In this document: piece by piece, positions 1 through 12,194 of the stretch
Numbering within the stretch: the stretch's first letter is position 1
Layout of the letters: each line of letters opens with the position of its first letter
NCBI GenBank assembly: GCA_009602725.1
Contig: WELB01000019.1
Location: 106,104 to 170,103, forward strand
Direction of reading: 5' to 3'
Length of the DNA: 64,000 nucleotides
Origin: Spirogloea muscicola
Taxonomy: Eukaryota
Program-made: the position numbers and the translations under genes
The notes under the pieces: generated by a model
Databases searched by the model: none
What the model was told of the DNA's origin: nothing
The model's input: the letters and a program-made list of their open reading frames with translations, nothing else

Positions 1-290
1 AATGCGGCTCTCGCTTAGTTTGCAGCGCTCGCAAGCATTGGCTCTTCATCAACGTGCAGGGCGCGCTCTAAGTCAGGCCTCCGGCTTTCGTGGCGGCGCT
101 CCAGCTCCCCAAGTTAGCTTGTCAGATTTGTTTGTGCTCACCCGTGGGTACTAATGTCATCTTAGGTACCTTAGATTAGGTCTCCGTATTATATAGCATT
201 GTTTAGTCTGCACTCGACTCTGCCTGAACAATGTATTGGCTTGAATTGGCCTCCCTTTCAATTCATGCGCCCCGCGCGCCTTCTCTCTCT
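1..290 (+). mobile_element. 3' end of RLE (CRE-like) non-LTR retrotransposon, subfamily A; cut by the window start
   Basis: 2-154 encodes MRLSLSLQRSQALALHQRAGRALSQASG...SLSDLFVLTRGY*. The 3' UTR ends in ttggcctccctttcaattcatgcgcc..gcgcgccttctctct. Nearly identical to the TSD-flanked copy at 59521-59778. Confidence 0.8.
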
Positions 291-1457
291 TCGCTCCTTG
301 GACGTCCTTCTAAATGGCACCTCTAAACAGCACCGGTCCATCTCTTCTCTTGGCTCCTCACAGCTACTGCTATCATTCAAAAGTTCGGTCAGTGAGTGGG
401 CATCTCTCTGAGCGGCGCTGGTGGCAGGTTGGGTTTTAGCACTGACGCCATTTGTGGCACGGGCAGATTGGGCACATTGTCTGACCAGAGCTGAGCTGGA
501 GGTACCGTGCGACTCCCTTCACATCAAGCTGATAGATCGTACCAGAGATATTTAACGCGTGCAGCCACCTCCGCGTCTTGTCAGACCGAAACTGATGAGC
601 CACCGAAGGGACATTGCACAACGATACTGCTTGGTCAGTTCCGCTGGCCACTTTGCTGGCGAACTTTGCTGAGAAGTATTTATCAGCTTGACCGATAGCC
701 GTGGCCACTGCCAGCTGCAAGATACATCGTAAGGAGAGGAGGCACAGTGCCAAATCTAACGAGCAACCATGATGCAGCCCCGGGCAGAGTGTGCTGTAGA
801 AATATGTCCAGCCTACAAGCATGAGTGTTCTGCACGACATGCTCAATACGCCAACAATTACCAAGAAAGTGCTCTGAATGTGTCCTTATGACATGGTTCT
901 CAAGTCCAGGATTGCACCTGTCCTCAAATATGCTGCTGATCTTGATGGTATGCACCACAATGACTTTGCCGTCGGCTTCCAAATGGCTTGTTAAATACAT
1001 TGAGGCACATTAAAAAACTTGGCTCAATCAAAGCCAGGGGGAGAAGTAGCATATGGTTGATTGACATAAGCTACTTCGTGTGGGATACATGACAAGGACA
1101 GCGCTGCCCTTTCCCATTTTGAAAAGGGCAACATGGACAGCGGCGCTGCTCAGATAAGCAGGATCCTCTCACAACTCCAGCAAGGTGGAGCAAGCTGTCC
1201 TTGCATGTGCTGAGGACTTGAGCTCTACGGATCACATGGGCCTCCTAAGGAGGGAGAGGAGATGGTGGCAAGCGAGCGGCTCTATTGACAGGTGACCCTA
1301 AGCCTGTGCCTCTGGAGGGCATGTCTGTCCTTGGCAGAAAGTAAGTGTCCACGCTGACTCAACAGTCAGAGGACAAATGACTTTGGCAGGACAAAGTAAA
1401 AGCAGCATCAGGCAGAGGGACAGGGCTGGTGACGTTGTCCTTGTAAACTGATTATTT

Positions 1458-4400
1458 CTATCTGCCGTGAGGGATCATCGTGACGTCTTCCAGTGGCGCC
1501 TGGCTGTTGTCTGCAGAGACTGGGCCACAGGGCCCTGTATTGGAGCCATAGCTTCCTGTGGTGGTCCTTGAGGTGTCCTGAACCCCTGGTCTTAAGTTAT
1601 CCTGCCTGATGGTTGTGGGAATGGACACGTTGCTAGCGCTGTCCGACTCCTGCCACCCCACACACACACACACAAAAAGTGAATGCACAAGAGATAGCAG
1701 AGCAAACCTGCCATTGCCAATCGAAAGGGCTAATAAGCCGCATGCTGTTGAATGTATGGGCTACTGTCTTGTGCACAATCATCACACTGTAACCAAAGCC
1801 AAGGGACTGGCAATATATCAGCAACACACATTTTTCAAGAAGAGTCTCCTGATTCAAGCCTTTATGTACAATATTGTGAGAGATAAATACACTTCACACT
1901 CGGCTAGCTGCTGTCAATGACATAGTAGATGGCCAGTCTATAGATAGTGCAGAAGCCTGTCAACTCCTGCATTGTTGGTACCTGCAGTGATAGCGCATAC
2001 TCCAAGTTCCAAAGAACGTCTCTCACGGGCGGACGATCAGAACCGTCATGCGAGACGCACTTGAGCGCCAGCTCCGCCACCTTCTCCACAGATGCCCAGT
2101 TGTAGGTACCAGCCATCTTGGAGTCCACAATCTGGCCGAGGCTTTTGTCCTTCATGTGGCTCTGGGCCTGCATAGCAAAGACTTGTCGCAGGGACGGCCT
2201 TGGCTCTTCTAACACATGCTAATCTACAATCATGTAATGGCACGGCAGTGCCACTGCTTTGCATATTTCCTTCAAACAACGTAAAATTAGTGAAGGCTGG
2301 GGTTGGGGCTGTACCCATTCAACAAGTACAAGCTCATCATCTGGCATCTCGGTATTGATAGGTGCCCGAGCGCAGATGACTTCAAGCAGCACCACACCAA
2401 AGCCATACACATCTGACTTCTCAGTCAACTGAAGTCTGCGAAGACACCACAAGTAAAGAACATCAAAGTCTGATAATCAACAAACTGTGCAGTTTTCAAC
2501 AAGACACGGCCACTCCAGGGGCAAGCTGTCTGTCACTTGATCACTTCCACAGGACCCTTCATGTCAATATCGAGAAGCTCCCACAAGACTAAGGAAATAT
2601 TGAGGATTCAAAAATCAATTCAAAGTTCTCTTCTATCACGTAGTCAGGACAGCTTACAAGTCCAGATTTTGCTAGTGCTGTAGTGCTGTGAGTAGCAATG
2701 CTATCAAGCTGCAGCATCCAGACTACACTGAGCCTCATGACGGATTGGGTACCTGCGCAAGTATTGAGGATCGAGGTAGCCCATACTGCCTTTCACGACT
2801 GTGCTCACCTGCACATTGTTGCACAGAAGCACGTAAGGCAACCTGCATGGCTGTCCTAATCACTTCAGTACCTCAGGTATTGACATCACCATGCCCCAGA
2901 AGAAAGCAGCACAACCCCCAGCATTGAATCTCTGGATGTATTCTTTGGATTGTAGTCAGAGGCATTACGTGCGACTCGTCCAAGCCAGGTCCAATGCGCG
3001 AGAGACCAAAGTCAGCAACCTTCGCCACAAAGTTGTCATCTAATAGGATATTCGTGCTCTGCATTGCCAGGCCCCAAAATACACGAGGACAGGTTGGTAG
3101 CTCGACCTTGGCATCCTTAGCAAGCAGATGCAGGAAAGTTGCACTAGGCTGTGCTGCAGGGCTCATCAGGTAGGGATAGCGCACTGTCTTATAGTTAGTG
3201 GTGTCGTGTAGAAACAAGCTGATTTGACATATAGTGAGAGCATCAAGGGCAGGATCGAAAATGTAAGTTAGGTGTTGCTCACTAAAAAATATAAATACCT
3301 TGACATCACGATGGATGATGCTCTGAGTAGCACCAGAATGAAGGTAGTGAAGGCCGCGAGCAGCCCCAACGCAGATCTTAAGACGCTGCTTCCATGAGAG
3401 GACACCATGCAAGGCCGCATCCTTGCCTGCCACTCTCAAGACGCCTAGATAAGTGACTACAGTAAGACTGAGCACTAGTTGATTCAGAGCAGGAATGGCA
3501 TGGTACAGTAGATGGCTGCTTTAAGCTGGGTGATAAAGAAAGACGCAGTCGCTGAGCTATGCTTACCGTAAAGGTGAGACCGCAGGACGCCATTAGACAT
3601 GAAGTCATACACCAAGAGCATCTCCACACCCTCCTGGCAGTACCCGATCAGAGACACAAGGTGACGATGTCTGAGCTGGGTGAGCAGCTTGATCTCCATA
3701 TGAAACTCTGCAATGCCCTGCTGTGAATCAGGGCTGCACCTTTTTACTGCCACCTTTGTGCCATCTGCAAGGACACCCTGCAGCACGAGGAACCTTCACT
3801 GGTAAGAAGAGTATGGAGTATACTTCGTGCAGTAATCCTGAGTGTCTGCTAAGATGCAATCAGAGAGGTCGCCCACTTCAGAAAAGAAGGTCTACCTTGA
3901 AGACCTTGCCAAAACCGCCAACTCCCAGTACCATGTCATCAGCAAAGTTGGTGGTTGCGACTTGCAGCTCTTGGAAAGTGAACTCTCTGCCAACCTGCTT
4001 GCTTTTCCCATAACCTGTGCATAGTGCTCTACGCATGTGTCATGTCACTGTAATACCAGCATACGACTATGTGACTTAAACAAGTCATTACTCCAGCCAT
4101 TGGTGACTGGCAATGGTTTGCACTCCCCCAATGGTTCGCACTCCTCAGCATAGACCTAATCAAATCGGCTGCATAACGAGTTTGTCATGTGTGGCACCTC
4201 CCACGATCTGATGTAAGGTGAGCTCTTCGATCTAGGCAGAAAGTATCAGCTTGCAATATGTCTACTTTGAGGAGATCCTGCACGCATGTTGGGTCCATGA
4301 TGTGTGATGAATCTGATCGACAAACCACTGCCAAATAGCAGCTTCTTGATGTATGGTTCACTACCTGTGCCGAAGAGACCGTGCACAGATGCTTTTGGGT

Positions 4401-7373
4401 CAAGAAGAGGAGGAGCCTGTTTCCGCTTGCGGCCCCTGATGCAGAAAATTTAGGCGAGCGTGGCGATGGTGAGCGCAGCCGCTATTCCTCCAACAATTCC
4501 GCCAACTACGGCTCCTGTGCTTGAGCTCTTCTTGTGCCCACCAGCAGGAGGAGGAGCGACCACTGTGGCAGGAGGAGGAGGGGCACTTGAAACAATGGTG
4601 TATCCCGGCTCCGCCACTGTACCAATTTTCAGGATCTCAATACCAGCAATCTCCACATTTTTAACCTGCATACATACACCAATCAGGTTCCACAAAGCTT
4701 ACAATACAGACAATTCACCAGCTTCAGAAACCCAGACAGTCAAGCAGAATGAGGTGTCACAGAGACAAGACTAGGTCCTTAGTACGAAACAAATCAGAGC
4801 AGTAGATTCCTTCGCTTTGCGCACCCTGGACTGTGACGAGATGCCCAGATCGAGTCGAAGGGACCCTTGTCCCACGGGGAGGTTAATAACAAGATCCTTG
4901 ACATAGGCGCTGTTTTCCCCATGTTTTGCCAAGCGTGCTATATCATACTGTGGCAGGACAGGGTCAGGAGAGAACTCAGAAGACATCAATGCTGCTCACT
5001 TTGGACTCAGAGCTCGGTGCTCAGGAGTAGAGCAACCTGCAGTGCCATCTCCTTCTGTCTTCTGTCCTTCCGTTCATTCCGTGGAAATACTAGTCCTGTT
5101 AAGGCAAAGCATGAAGCAGCAGAACTAAAAAAGCACCAAGACGCAGAACTCGCGAGACCTGATCACAACCTGTTGTAATCGCCAGGCACTCACTTGTCCC
5201 ACAAAAATCTTGTTGAGGAAGACGTCCATGACACGTTGAGAGGTATTTGCAAACACGTTTTCGCTAAAGATTGTGCGAACGAGGTAGCTCCAGCCATCAT
5301 CAAGGGGAAACATGTAGGTCAGGTTGAGGTTGCCGTCAATTAGAACCTGGCCGAGGTTGCGGTCACTACGGGCGACGGCTCTGTGGAGGCCAAAGTCACC
5401 ATCCGTCAGAGGACTTTGGTGGCTTTGTATCACTGCAAACCCAAGAAGATGATGCAGACTAGCCGCCCCGTGCCACCGGCTCCTAAAGCTATGTGGAAGC
5501 CAGAGACATTGGTCATCGTGCCCCAGCACGTATGGGGAGCTTACGGCGGCGTATAGTACGGGGGAGAATTTGTATCCTTGATTTTGGACATCACAACTTT
5601 ACTTGACGCATGGATGAAGAAAGAATGAAGAATGAAGTCCAGATCATTCTGTGTCCAGGTTCGGAAAACCTTGTCCGATGTAGGGAACACCGTTGATCCG
5701 CCGCAGTTCAGCCTGTACTCACGCTTCAAGGCCTGGGAACGATGGCAGGTGAAAATTGCCACCCTCCACCGCCAGGTCACAAATGACCACTATCGATCAA
5801 GCGCAAGGCAGCTTCGTGATCGCAGTCTACAGTATATTGCGGCAGTCATGCTGCTAAGTGCTGTGCAGAACGAGGCAAGGCTACTCCAGCATCTAGTGGT
5901 GTCTGGGAGTATCAAGGAGGGTGACATGCAATCACTGCTGTGAGCACCTTTCCATTGAGTAGAGTCGTGGGCTGTTGATTGGACGCGAGAACAGGTTGCT
6001 GATAGTACAGGTCCTCATCAGAAGGCACCACTTCAATGCCATTGACGAAGGCGAAGGAGCCAGCAACAGGAGTGAAGGTGATTGAGAGCGACTGGTTTGT
6101 GGTGTTAGCCAAGGGCAGGGAAAACTCTTCCATGAGGGCCACTGACAGCCCGTCTCCGCCAAACTGCAAAACAGGGAAGTCAGTGCCTGGTGAGACATTC
6201 TATACAGGAGTTAGAGCAGCACCACAATGTAGTCACTTGGTCCAGCTCTGTGGGCGTGTTCTCAACAAGCGTACCTGCGCAGATGCTTGCTGGGTGACAC
6301 TGTAATTAAAGAGCAGGAGGAATGTGCTGCCCGAGCTGGTGGCAGTGACGTTGAAGAGGGCCTTGGAGGGGTCCTGGTAGGGTCCAGTTTGGGGCTGAAT
6401 AGCGGCAAAGTGCAGGCGCACAAAGTGTCGGCCTCCAGTTGGAAGGGTAATGTTATACTGCACGCACATCGCGCAGAGGTGCCTTGAGGGGCAAGTCAGC
6501 TATGGCAGCTCAAACACGTGACTGCATCTCAGCTATCCTTGATCATTAGAAGATCAATCTCTGCATGGAGGAAGTACTTCAAAACGTGCGAGCCAGCATT
6601 GCTGGCCGTCGTACTCGACTCTACAACAAAGGGGCTCAACAATCCCAGTACACAAGTTGGATCAATCGCGACATATGACATGCAAGTATAGGCCTCATAG
6701 GTTGCTGTTAAACCTCAACTCTGAACTGAGGGCCAGGCAGGGGCTTTTCAGAGATCGAGCACAAGTAGACTATATGATGGACCGTAGAGATCAAGCGCGT
6801 GACGGTCAAAAGCAACAGGGATGACTGAATGGCATGTGCGAGCACCGAAAGGCTGTGGGGGGCGTCAATATAGTTGGCCGTCTGGTACAGCTCCAAACTC
6901 GCAAAGACTAAGTTGGCGATGCTCGAGACGGTGCTCTCAGATATGCCAACATTGTTGCTGTCAGCGGTCCAGTAGCGAGCGATCGAAGGCAAAATATGCT
7001 TAGGTGTCATTGAGTCTGTGAAGCCTTGCCCTCCACAATTGATAAGCGTGCTGCCTGCAGAGAGCAAATAGTAAAGGCAGCAAGGGCATGAGCACCATTC
7101 CGCTAGGCATGTGAGTGGGGGAAAGTGTAGCAGGGAATGGTCATTCACGGTGCTGCCGTGCCGCTGTCGAACGGAATGTGCACAGCAGCGAGCAACACGG
7201 CCGCGACTGAGTTGCCAGACGCGCTGCCCGATCTTAATCTGCTCGCTCGCCGGCTTGCGAGGGCGGCCGTGAAGGCGCCCTGGCCACAACGCGCGGCGTG
7301 CACCTTGCTGCGCGAGCCCCGAGACGGCGGCCGCAGCCAGCAGGGCCGCCAGCAGGAGGCCCCGGGGCCCCAT
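1458..7373 (-). pseudogene. CrRLK1L-family malectin-like receptor kinase, copy 1, multi-exon, premature stop in the TM helix
   Basis: Signal peptide [12 protein letters not shown]; malectin-like motifs ([40 protein letters not shown]); TM GAVVGGIVGG; kinase motifs [44 protein letters not shown]-terminus HGR*. TAA at 4452-4450 where copy 2 has TAC. Confidence 0.85.
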
Positions 7374-7554
7374 GGCGCCCGTCGCCCGGCTGGGGCGGCC
7401 AGGGCTGCGGCGCACGAGGCGGCGGCGAAGGCGGCCCGGCGGGGGCCAAAGGTGTGAATGGCGGCCTGGAGGAGTTTGATCGCTGTGAGGGGTAGTCAGA
7501 GTGGTGCTGCAGCTTTCTCTGGTCGCACTCCAGTGCGTGGCCAGCAATGTGTGT

Positions 7555-7950
7555 AGGTGGTGGACCGCTGGCTGGCCATGCTGCGGCGAACGCTGCTCGC
7601 AGCAAGGCGGCGTGGCACGCAGGCCACCCGGCAGGGGACGAGTTCGTTACCCCTGGCCATGGATGTTGCACGGGGCTCTCGGGTCCCAGTGGCTCGACCT
7701 CTTGGCCCGGCTCGCGCGGCACGCAGGACGTGCTCTAGCCGCTGCCTCTGGGTCTCGGCGGAGGGCCTCCTTCCCTGCCACAAGCTACTCCGAGCTCATG
7801 TTGCTCACTCGAAAGTACTGAGCTTCCCTAGTGCGTTGTCGTGCTTGGCAGTGTAGTTCTGTTTCGGCACCTCTTTCTTTGGCTTTGGACATTGTCCATT
7901 TTGGGCTGGCTTTTCGCAGCCCTTGCCCCCATTCGGAGTGCCGCTTCTTC
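7555..7950 (+). mobile_element. RLE element 3' fragment, subfamily D
   Basis: GHAAANAARSKAAWHAGHP...GRALAAASG...SELMLLTRKY* (stop at 7821), then a 3' UTR ending gggctggcttttcgcagccc...cggagtgccgcttcttc. Confidence 0.7.
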
Positions 7951-8094
7951 TCATTCTTGTTGGGCTCTTCTCTACGGGGGAGCACTGCTGTGTGTCCCGC
8001 AGCCGAGATGAGCAGGCTGACTCCCGCTGACTTTTCTTCTTATCAGCGCTCGCCAGCTCAGCCCCTCTCTATGGGCGAGCCCTTTTCTTCTAGC

Positions 8095-8293
8095 TTCCCG
8101 GCAGCTAGTCTGTCGGATCTGAGGCTCCTCACTCGTACTTATTGAGTGATCCATCCTCCCCCTGTTTTACCATTGCATCCTCAGGCCCCTTTGTAGCTGC
8201 TCACCGCACTTAGGCCCCTCTGTACCTTTGTGAATTCTTTTTGGGCTGGCTTTTCGCAGCCCTTGCCCCCATTGGGAGTGCCACTTCTTTCTT
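8095..8293 (+). mobile_element. RLE element short 3' fragment, subfamily E
   Basis: ASLSDLRLLTRTY* followed by a UTR shared with 9735-9815 (ccatcctcccc...ggcccctttgtagctgct), ending in the gggctggc...cagccc terminus. Confidence 0.7.
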
Positions 8294-8354
8294 CTAGCTC
8301 AGGTCCACCGTATGAGGCCAATACCGTATGCGCCTCTCTGTCTTGCGGATCTCC

Positions 8355-8993
8355 TCCAGCGAATTGCCGACGGACTCCATACGCGCCGTGTCGACTTGGT
8401 GGCGTCAACGCCGGGCGGCGGCGCGTGAATCACCGCTGACGTGGTCACCATTGATGTGGTCGACCGCTCCAACCCGGGACTCTCTGCCGGCAGAGCCCTC
8501 CCTGCTGCCTCTGGCTCTGTCAGGGAACCCACTTCCAGGAGCCGAAGAAGGAGAGGCACTATAGTGACCACCCCCAGGCCGACCACTTCTTCCCATGCGC
8601 CATAGACATCTACGGCGGCTACGGAACGAAGTGGTCTGCCCTCCTCCATCGCCTGGCACTGCATGTCGATGCCCGCCAACGCAGTCGGGCGGGTAGCTTA
8701 GGCCATTCTAGCGTCCCGCAAGCCATAGTTGCATGCTTTAGAATGCGGTTATCGTTGAGTCTGCAGCGCTCTCAGGCACTCGCGATCCACCAGCGTGCTG
8801 GTCGTGCATTAGCCCAGGCTAATGGCTTCCGTGGGGGTGGTTTGGCTCCTCAGTATAGCTTGTCAGATATGCATGTGCTCACTCGGGGATATTAGTGTCC
8901 CCCTTAGCCAGCTCAATACCCAGTTAAAAAGACATTTGTAAGGCTAGAATTGGCCTCCCTTTCAATTTCATGCGCACCGCGCGCCTTCTCTCT
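8355..8993 (+). mobile_element. RLE element composite 3' fragment ending in a subfamily A terminus
   Basis: DGLHTRRVDLVASTPGG, then KKERHYSDHP..DHFFPCAIDIYG...RMRLSLSLQRSQALAIHQRAGRALAQ...SDMHVLTRGY*. Inverted homologue at 11011-11575. Confidence 0.75.
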
Positions 8994-9385
8994 TAGCAGG
9001 GGTTACTGAGTGATTCGTAGCTGCTTTGTTTCTTTTTGTGCTTGTCTTTCTTCGTGCTTCGCCTGGCCCCCTTCTTGTACTCTGCTCATTCTGTTTTTGG
9101 GCTGGCTGTTCCAGCCCATATCCTCAATGAGCGAGCCCTTTCTTCTTCTCTGCCTCGTGGGCTGGCCACGCAGTGGCGAAGAAAGTGCTCGCCCATTGAA
9201 AATAGGGGCTGGATAAGCCAGCCCAAAAAAGAATGAACAAAGTACGAGAAGGGGGCCAGGGGAAGCGCTAAGAAAAACAAGCACAAGAAGAAACAAAGCA
9301 GCTACGAATCACTCAGTAAGCCCTGCTAAGCAGCCGCAGATCAGAGATGCTAGGCTCCTGGAAGTGGGTCCTCTGGCCAGAGCGG
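8994..9385. mobile_element. Two subfamily B 3' ends arranged tail to tail (+ 8994-9150; - 9178-9385)
   Basis: SRGY*gtgattcgtagctgctttg... on the plus strand and SDLRLLSRAY*gtgattcgtagctgctttg... on the minus strand; both end in an atg(a/g)gcgagc(c/a)ctttcttc terminus. Confidence 0.75.
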
Positions 9386-9815
9386 CAAAGGCCATTCGCA
9401 GCAAGGCGGCCAAACACGCCGACTACCCGGTTGCCGATGTGTTCGTCCCCCTGGCTGTGGACGTGCACGGGGCTCTCGGGTCTCTGTGGCTCGACATGCT
9501 GGCCAGGCTTGCGCGGCGCGCTGTGTCCCGCAGGCGCGGTGAGCCGGCGGACTTCAACGCCGCTGGCTCGTGGGCTCAAGTCTACCGTATGAGATTGTCT
9601 GTATCCCTTCAGCGGTCCATGGCCCACGCTCTGCATCTGCGTGCTGGCCGTGCTCTCGCTGCGGCCTCCACCTTTCGTCAGGGGGATAGTTGTCCGCAGC
9701 TAGTCTGTCGGATCTGAGGCTACTCACTCGTAACTACTGACTTATCCATCCTCCCCTTGTTCTGACATAGCATCTTCCGGCCCCTTTGTAGCTGCTACAC
9801 GCTTGTAGGCCCCTC
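9385..9815 (+). mobile_element. RLE element 3' fragment, subfamily E
   Basis: RSKAAKHADYPVADVFVPLAVDVHGALG...QVYRMRLSVSLQRSMAHALHLRAGRALAAAS, followed by the subfamily E UTR. Confidence 0.75.
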
Positions 9816-10856
9816 CGATGGGGCTGCCCCCTGGATGCCGGACTCCTGCAGACGGCTTCACCCTCCTGGGAGTCCCCATCGGCGTGCCGTCCTTCGTGGA
9901 GGGACAGCTGCGAGCCCGCCTCGAGGAGCACCTTCAGCCCGCGGCCCGGCTCCCCGAGCTGGAGGATATGCAGCTGTCGTTGGCCATGTTGACCAAGGCC
10001 ATTGGGCAGCGGCCCCAGTACCTGACACGGGCCATCCCGCCGTCCCCAGGGGCGTTGGCGGCGTACGCGGATTTTGACGCAGGCATGGTGGCGAGCTTGG
10101 CGGCCCTGGTCCGCCACCAGGGCTTCCTCCAGTCGCCAGCCGCTATCCACCAGGCGGCGCTACCCCTCAGCCGCGGTGGTCTCGGCCTGCGCCCGCTCGC
10201 CCGTTCGTGCCGGGCTGCGTACCTCGGCAGCTGGGCGCAGACCGCCGCCTCCGTGGCCCAGCGCTTCATGGTCCACGGCCGGCGTGCACTGGAGCAGGCG
10301 GTGGAGGAGGTCGACATGGGCGCGCTGCCGTTCCAGGTGTCGCTTCGCTCCGCCCACCAGGAGCTTCTCGCGGCGCACCCAGACCTGGCAGGCCAGGCGG
10401 TCTCCTTTGCGCACCTCGCGCACACCGCTGACCTGCGCGTCCAAGCGCGCTTCGCGGCCGTGGTCGACAAGGCCGCCTACACCACCGCCGTGCTGCAGCT
10501 CCCCGAGGCCGACCTGCGCGGGCGCGCGAGACTTCAATCGGCCTCTTCCCTAGGGCAGCGGCGTGGCTCCAGGCCCTCCCACTCAACGACGCCCTCGCCC
10601 TGTCGGACGAGGTGTTTCGAAGTGCCGTCCACCGGCTCCTAGGTCTGCCGCCGCCATGCCTCCAGGGCGTGCGTCAATGTGAGTGTGGTGAGCGCGGGGC
10701 CGAGCCGGGGAAGCTGGCTTCTCACGTTCTGCGCTGTTCGCACGGCGGAGAGCGGACAGTGGCCCATGACCGCCTCCGGGATGCGATGCATGGCATCCTG
10801 GTGGAGGCGGGCTTCTCGGTGGCAGCGGAGCACTCCGGCGTCATGCCGCTCCAGCA
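9816..10856 (+). mobile_element. Internal RLE retrotransposon fragment: RT C-terminus/thumb, linker and zinc knuckle (frameshifted)
   Basis: GFTLLGVPIG.PSFV and QAALPLSRGGLGLR...AAYLGSW are typical of CRE-like RTs. After a frameshift near 10550: FRSAVHRLLGLP...CECG...HVLRC.HGGERTVAHDRLRD. Confidence 0.8.
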
Positions 10857-11575
10857 AAGAAGACGAAAGGGCTCGCCCATTGAGGACAGAAGCTGTGCCC
10901 GCCCAAAGAGAAGAGGGGCTGGAATAGCCAGCCCAAAAAAGAATGAACAAAAGTACGAGAAGGGGGCTAGGGGAAAAGCGCGGGGGAAGCGCTAAGAAAA
11001 ACAAGCACACAAAGAGAGAAGGCGCGCGGTGCGCATGAAATTGAAAGGGAGGCCAATTCTACCCTTACAAATGTCCTGTTAACTGGGTAAAGAGCTGGCT
11101 AAGGGGGACGCTAATATCCCCGAGTAAGCACATGCATATCTGACAAGCTATACTGAGGAGCCGAACCACCTCCACGGAAGCCATTAGCCTGGGCTAATGC
11201 ACGACCAGCACGCTGGTGAATCGCGAGTGCTTGGGAGCGCTGCAGACTCAATGATAGCCTCATCCTATAACATGCAACGATGGCTTGCGGGACGCTAGAA
11301 TGGCCTAAGCTACCCGCCCGACTGGCGGGCATCAACATGCAGTGCCAGGCGATGGAGGAGGGCAGACCACTTCGTTCCATAGCCGCTGTAGATGTCCATG
11401 GCGCATGGGAAGAAGTGGTCGCCCCGGGGGTGGTCGTTATAGTGTCTCTCCTTCTTCCTCTCCGCATGATGCGTCGCCCAACCTGGCACAGTCGGTGTGG
11501 GTGCCCCTGGTTGGAAGGCGTCGATGAGGACGACGTCGAGGAGAAGACGAGGCCCACCACTGCGGGAAGAGTGCG
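10856..11575 (-). mobile_element. Subfamily A 3' fragment (11011-11575) joined directly to a subfamily B 3' tail (10856-11010)
   Basis: ORF 11111-11560 ends SDMHVLTRGY*. The terminus gcgcaccgcgcgccttctctctt abuts the subfamily B UTR tgtgtgcttgtttttcttagcgc. Confidence 0.75.
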
Positions 11576-11589
11576 TGTGTATTAAGAGA

Positions 11590-12165
11590 TGGGGAGGCCA
11601 TGTGTGGCCAAGTACAAAGGCAAGCACATTGGACAAATGTACGTCACCTGCTGCTAAGCTGACCCGCTCAGTAACCACGAGTCAGCACATAGAGGTCGCT
11701 AGCTGACGCTCGAATACTGGACGGCAATTGACTAGCTCTTGTGCCAGCAGCTAAGGCTCGACCAGCTTTCTGATGCAGCGCATACGCCTGAGCTCGTTGC
11801 AGACAGGTTGACACTCGACGTCGCAGAAATGACAGATAGGCCGCCGGCATACACATCTGGGCTGGGAGCATATCCTCGCGTCGTGCATATCCCAGACTCG
11901 CTATGTTCTCGAGTAGGGTATGGAAGCGAGGACCCAAGCAGCCGAAAGTGTCGGTTGCGGCCGGGAGGAGGTGGTCACTGCGAGGGTAGTCTGAGTAGTG
12001 TCGGAGCTTTTTCTGCTCAGCACCTCCCACTGCGTGGCCAGCAATGTGAGTGGAAGCGGAACTCTTGTATGCCTCAGTCACCACCACATCAACCAAAGCT
12101 CGTGGGCCTTCGCCAGGTTGTACACCCACGATGTCCAGGGTGCGACTTCCGGGGGGTGGCCACCA
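11590..12165 (-). mobile_element. RLE element 3' fragment, subfamily C
   Basis: RTLDIVGVQPGEGPRALVDVVVTEAY...AEQKKLRHYSDYPRSDHLLPAATDTFGCLG...CLQRAQAYALHQKAGRALA...SDLYVLTRGY*. Confidence 0.8.
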
Positions 12166-12194
12166 CGTCCAACAAAGAAACAAAGCAGCTCCAG

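Noticed and set aside
436..1013. Short ORFs in the duplicated 3' flank
   Set aside because: No recognisable motifs, and the frames are not conserved in the paralogous flank (17880-18450).
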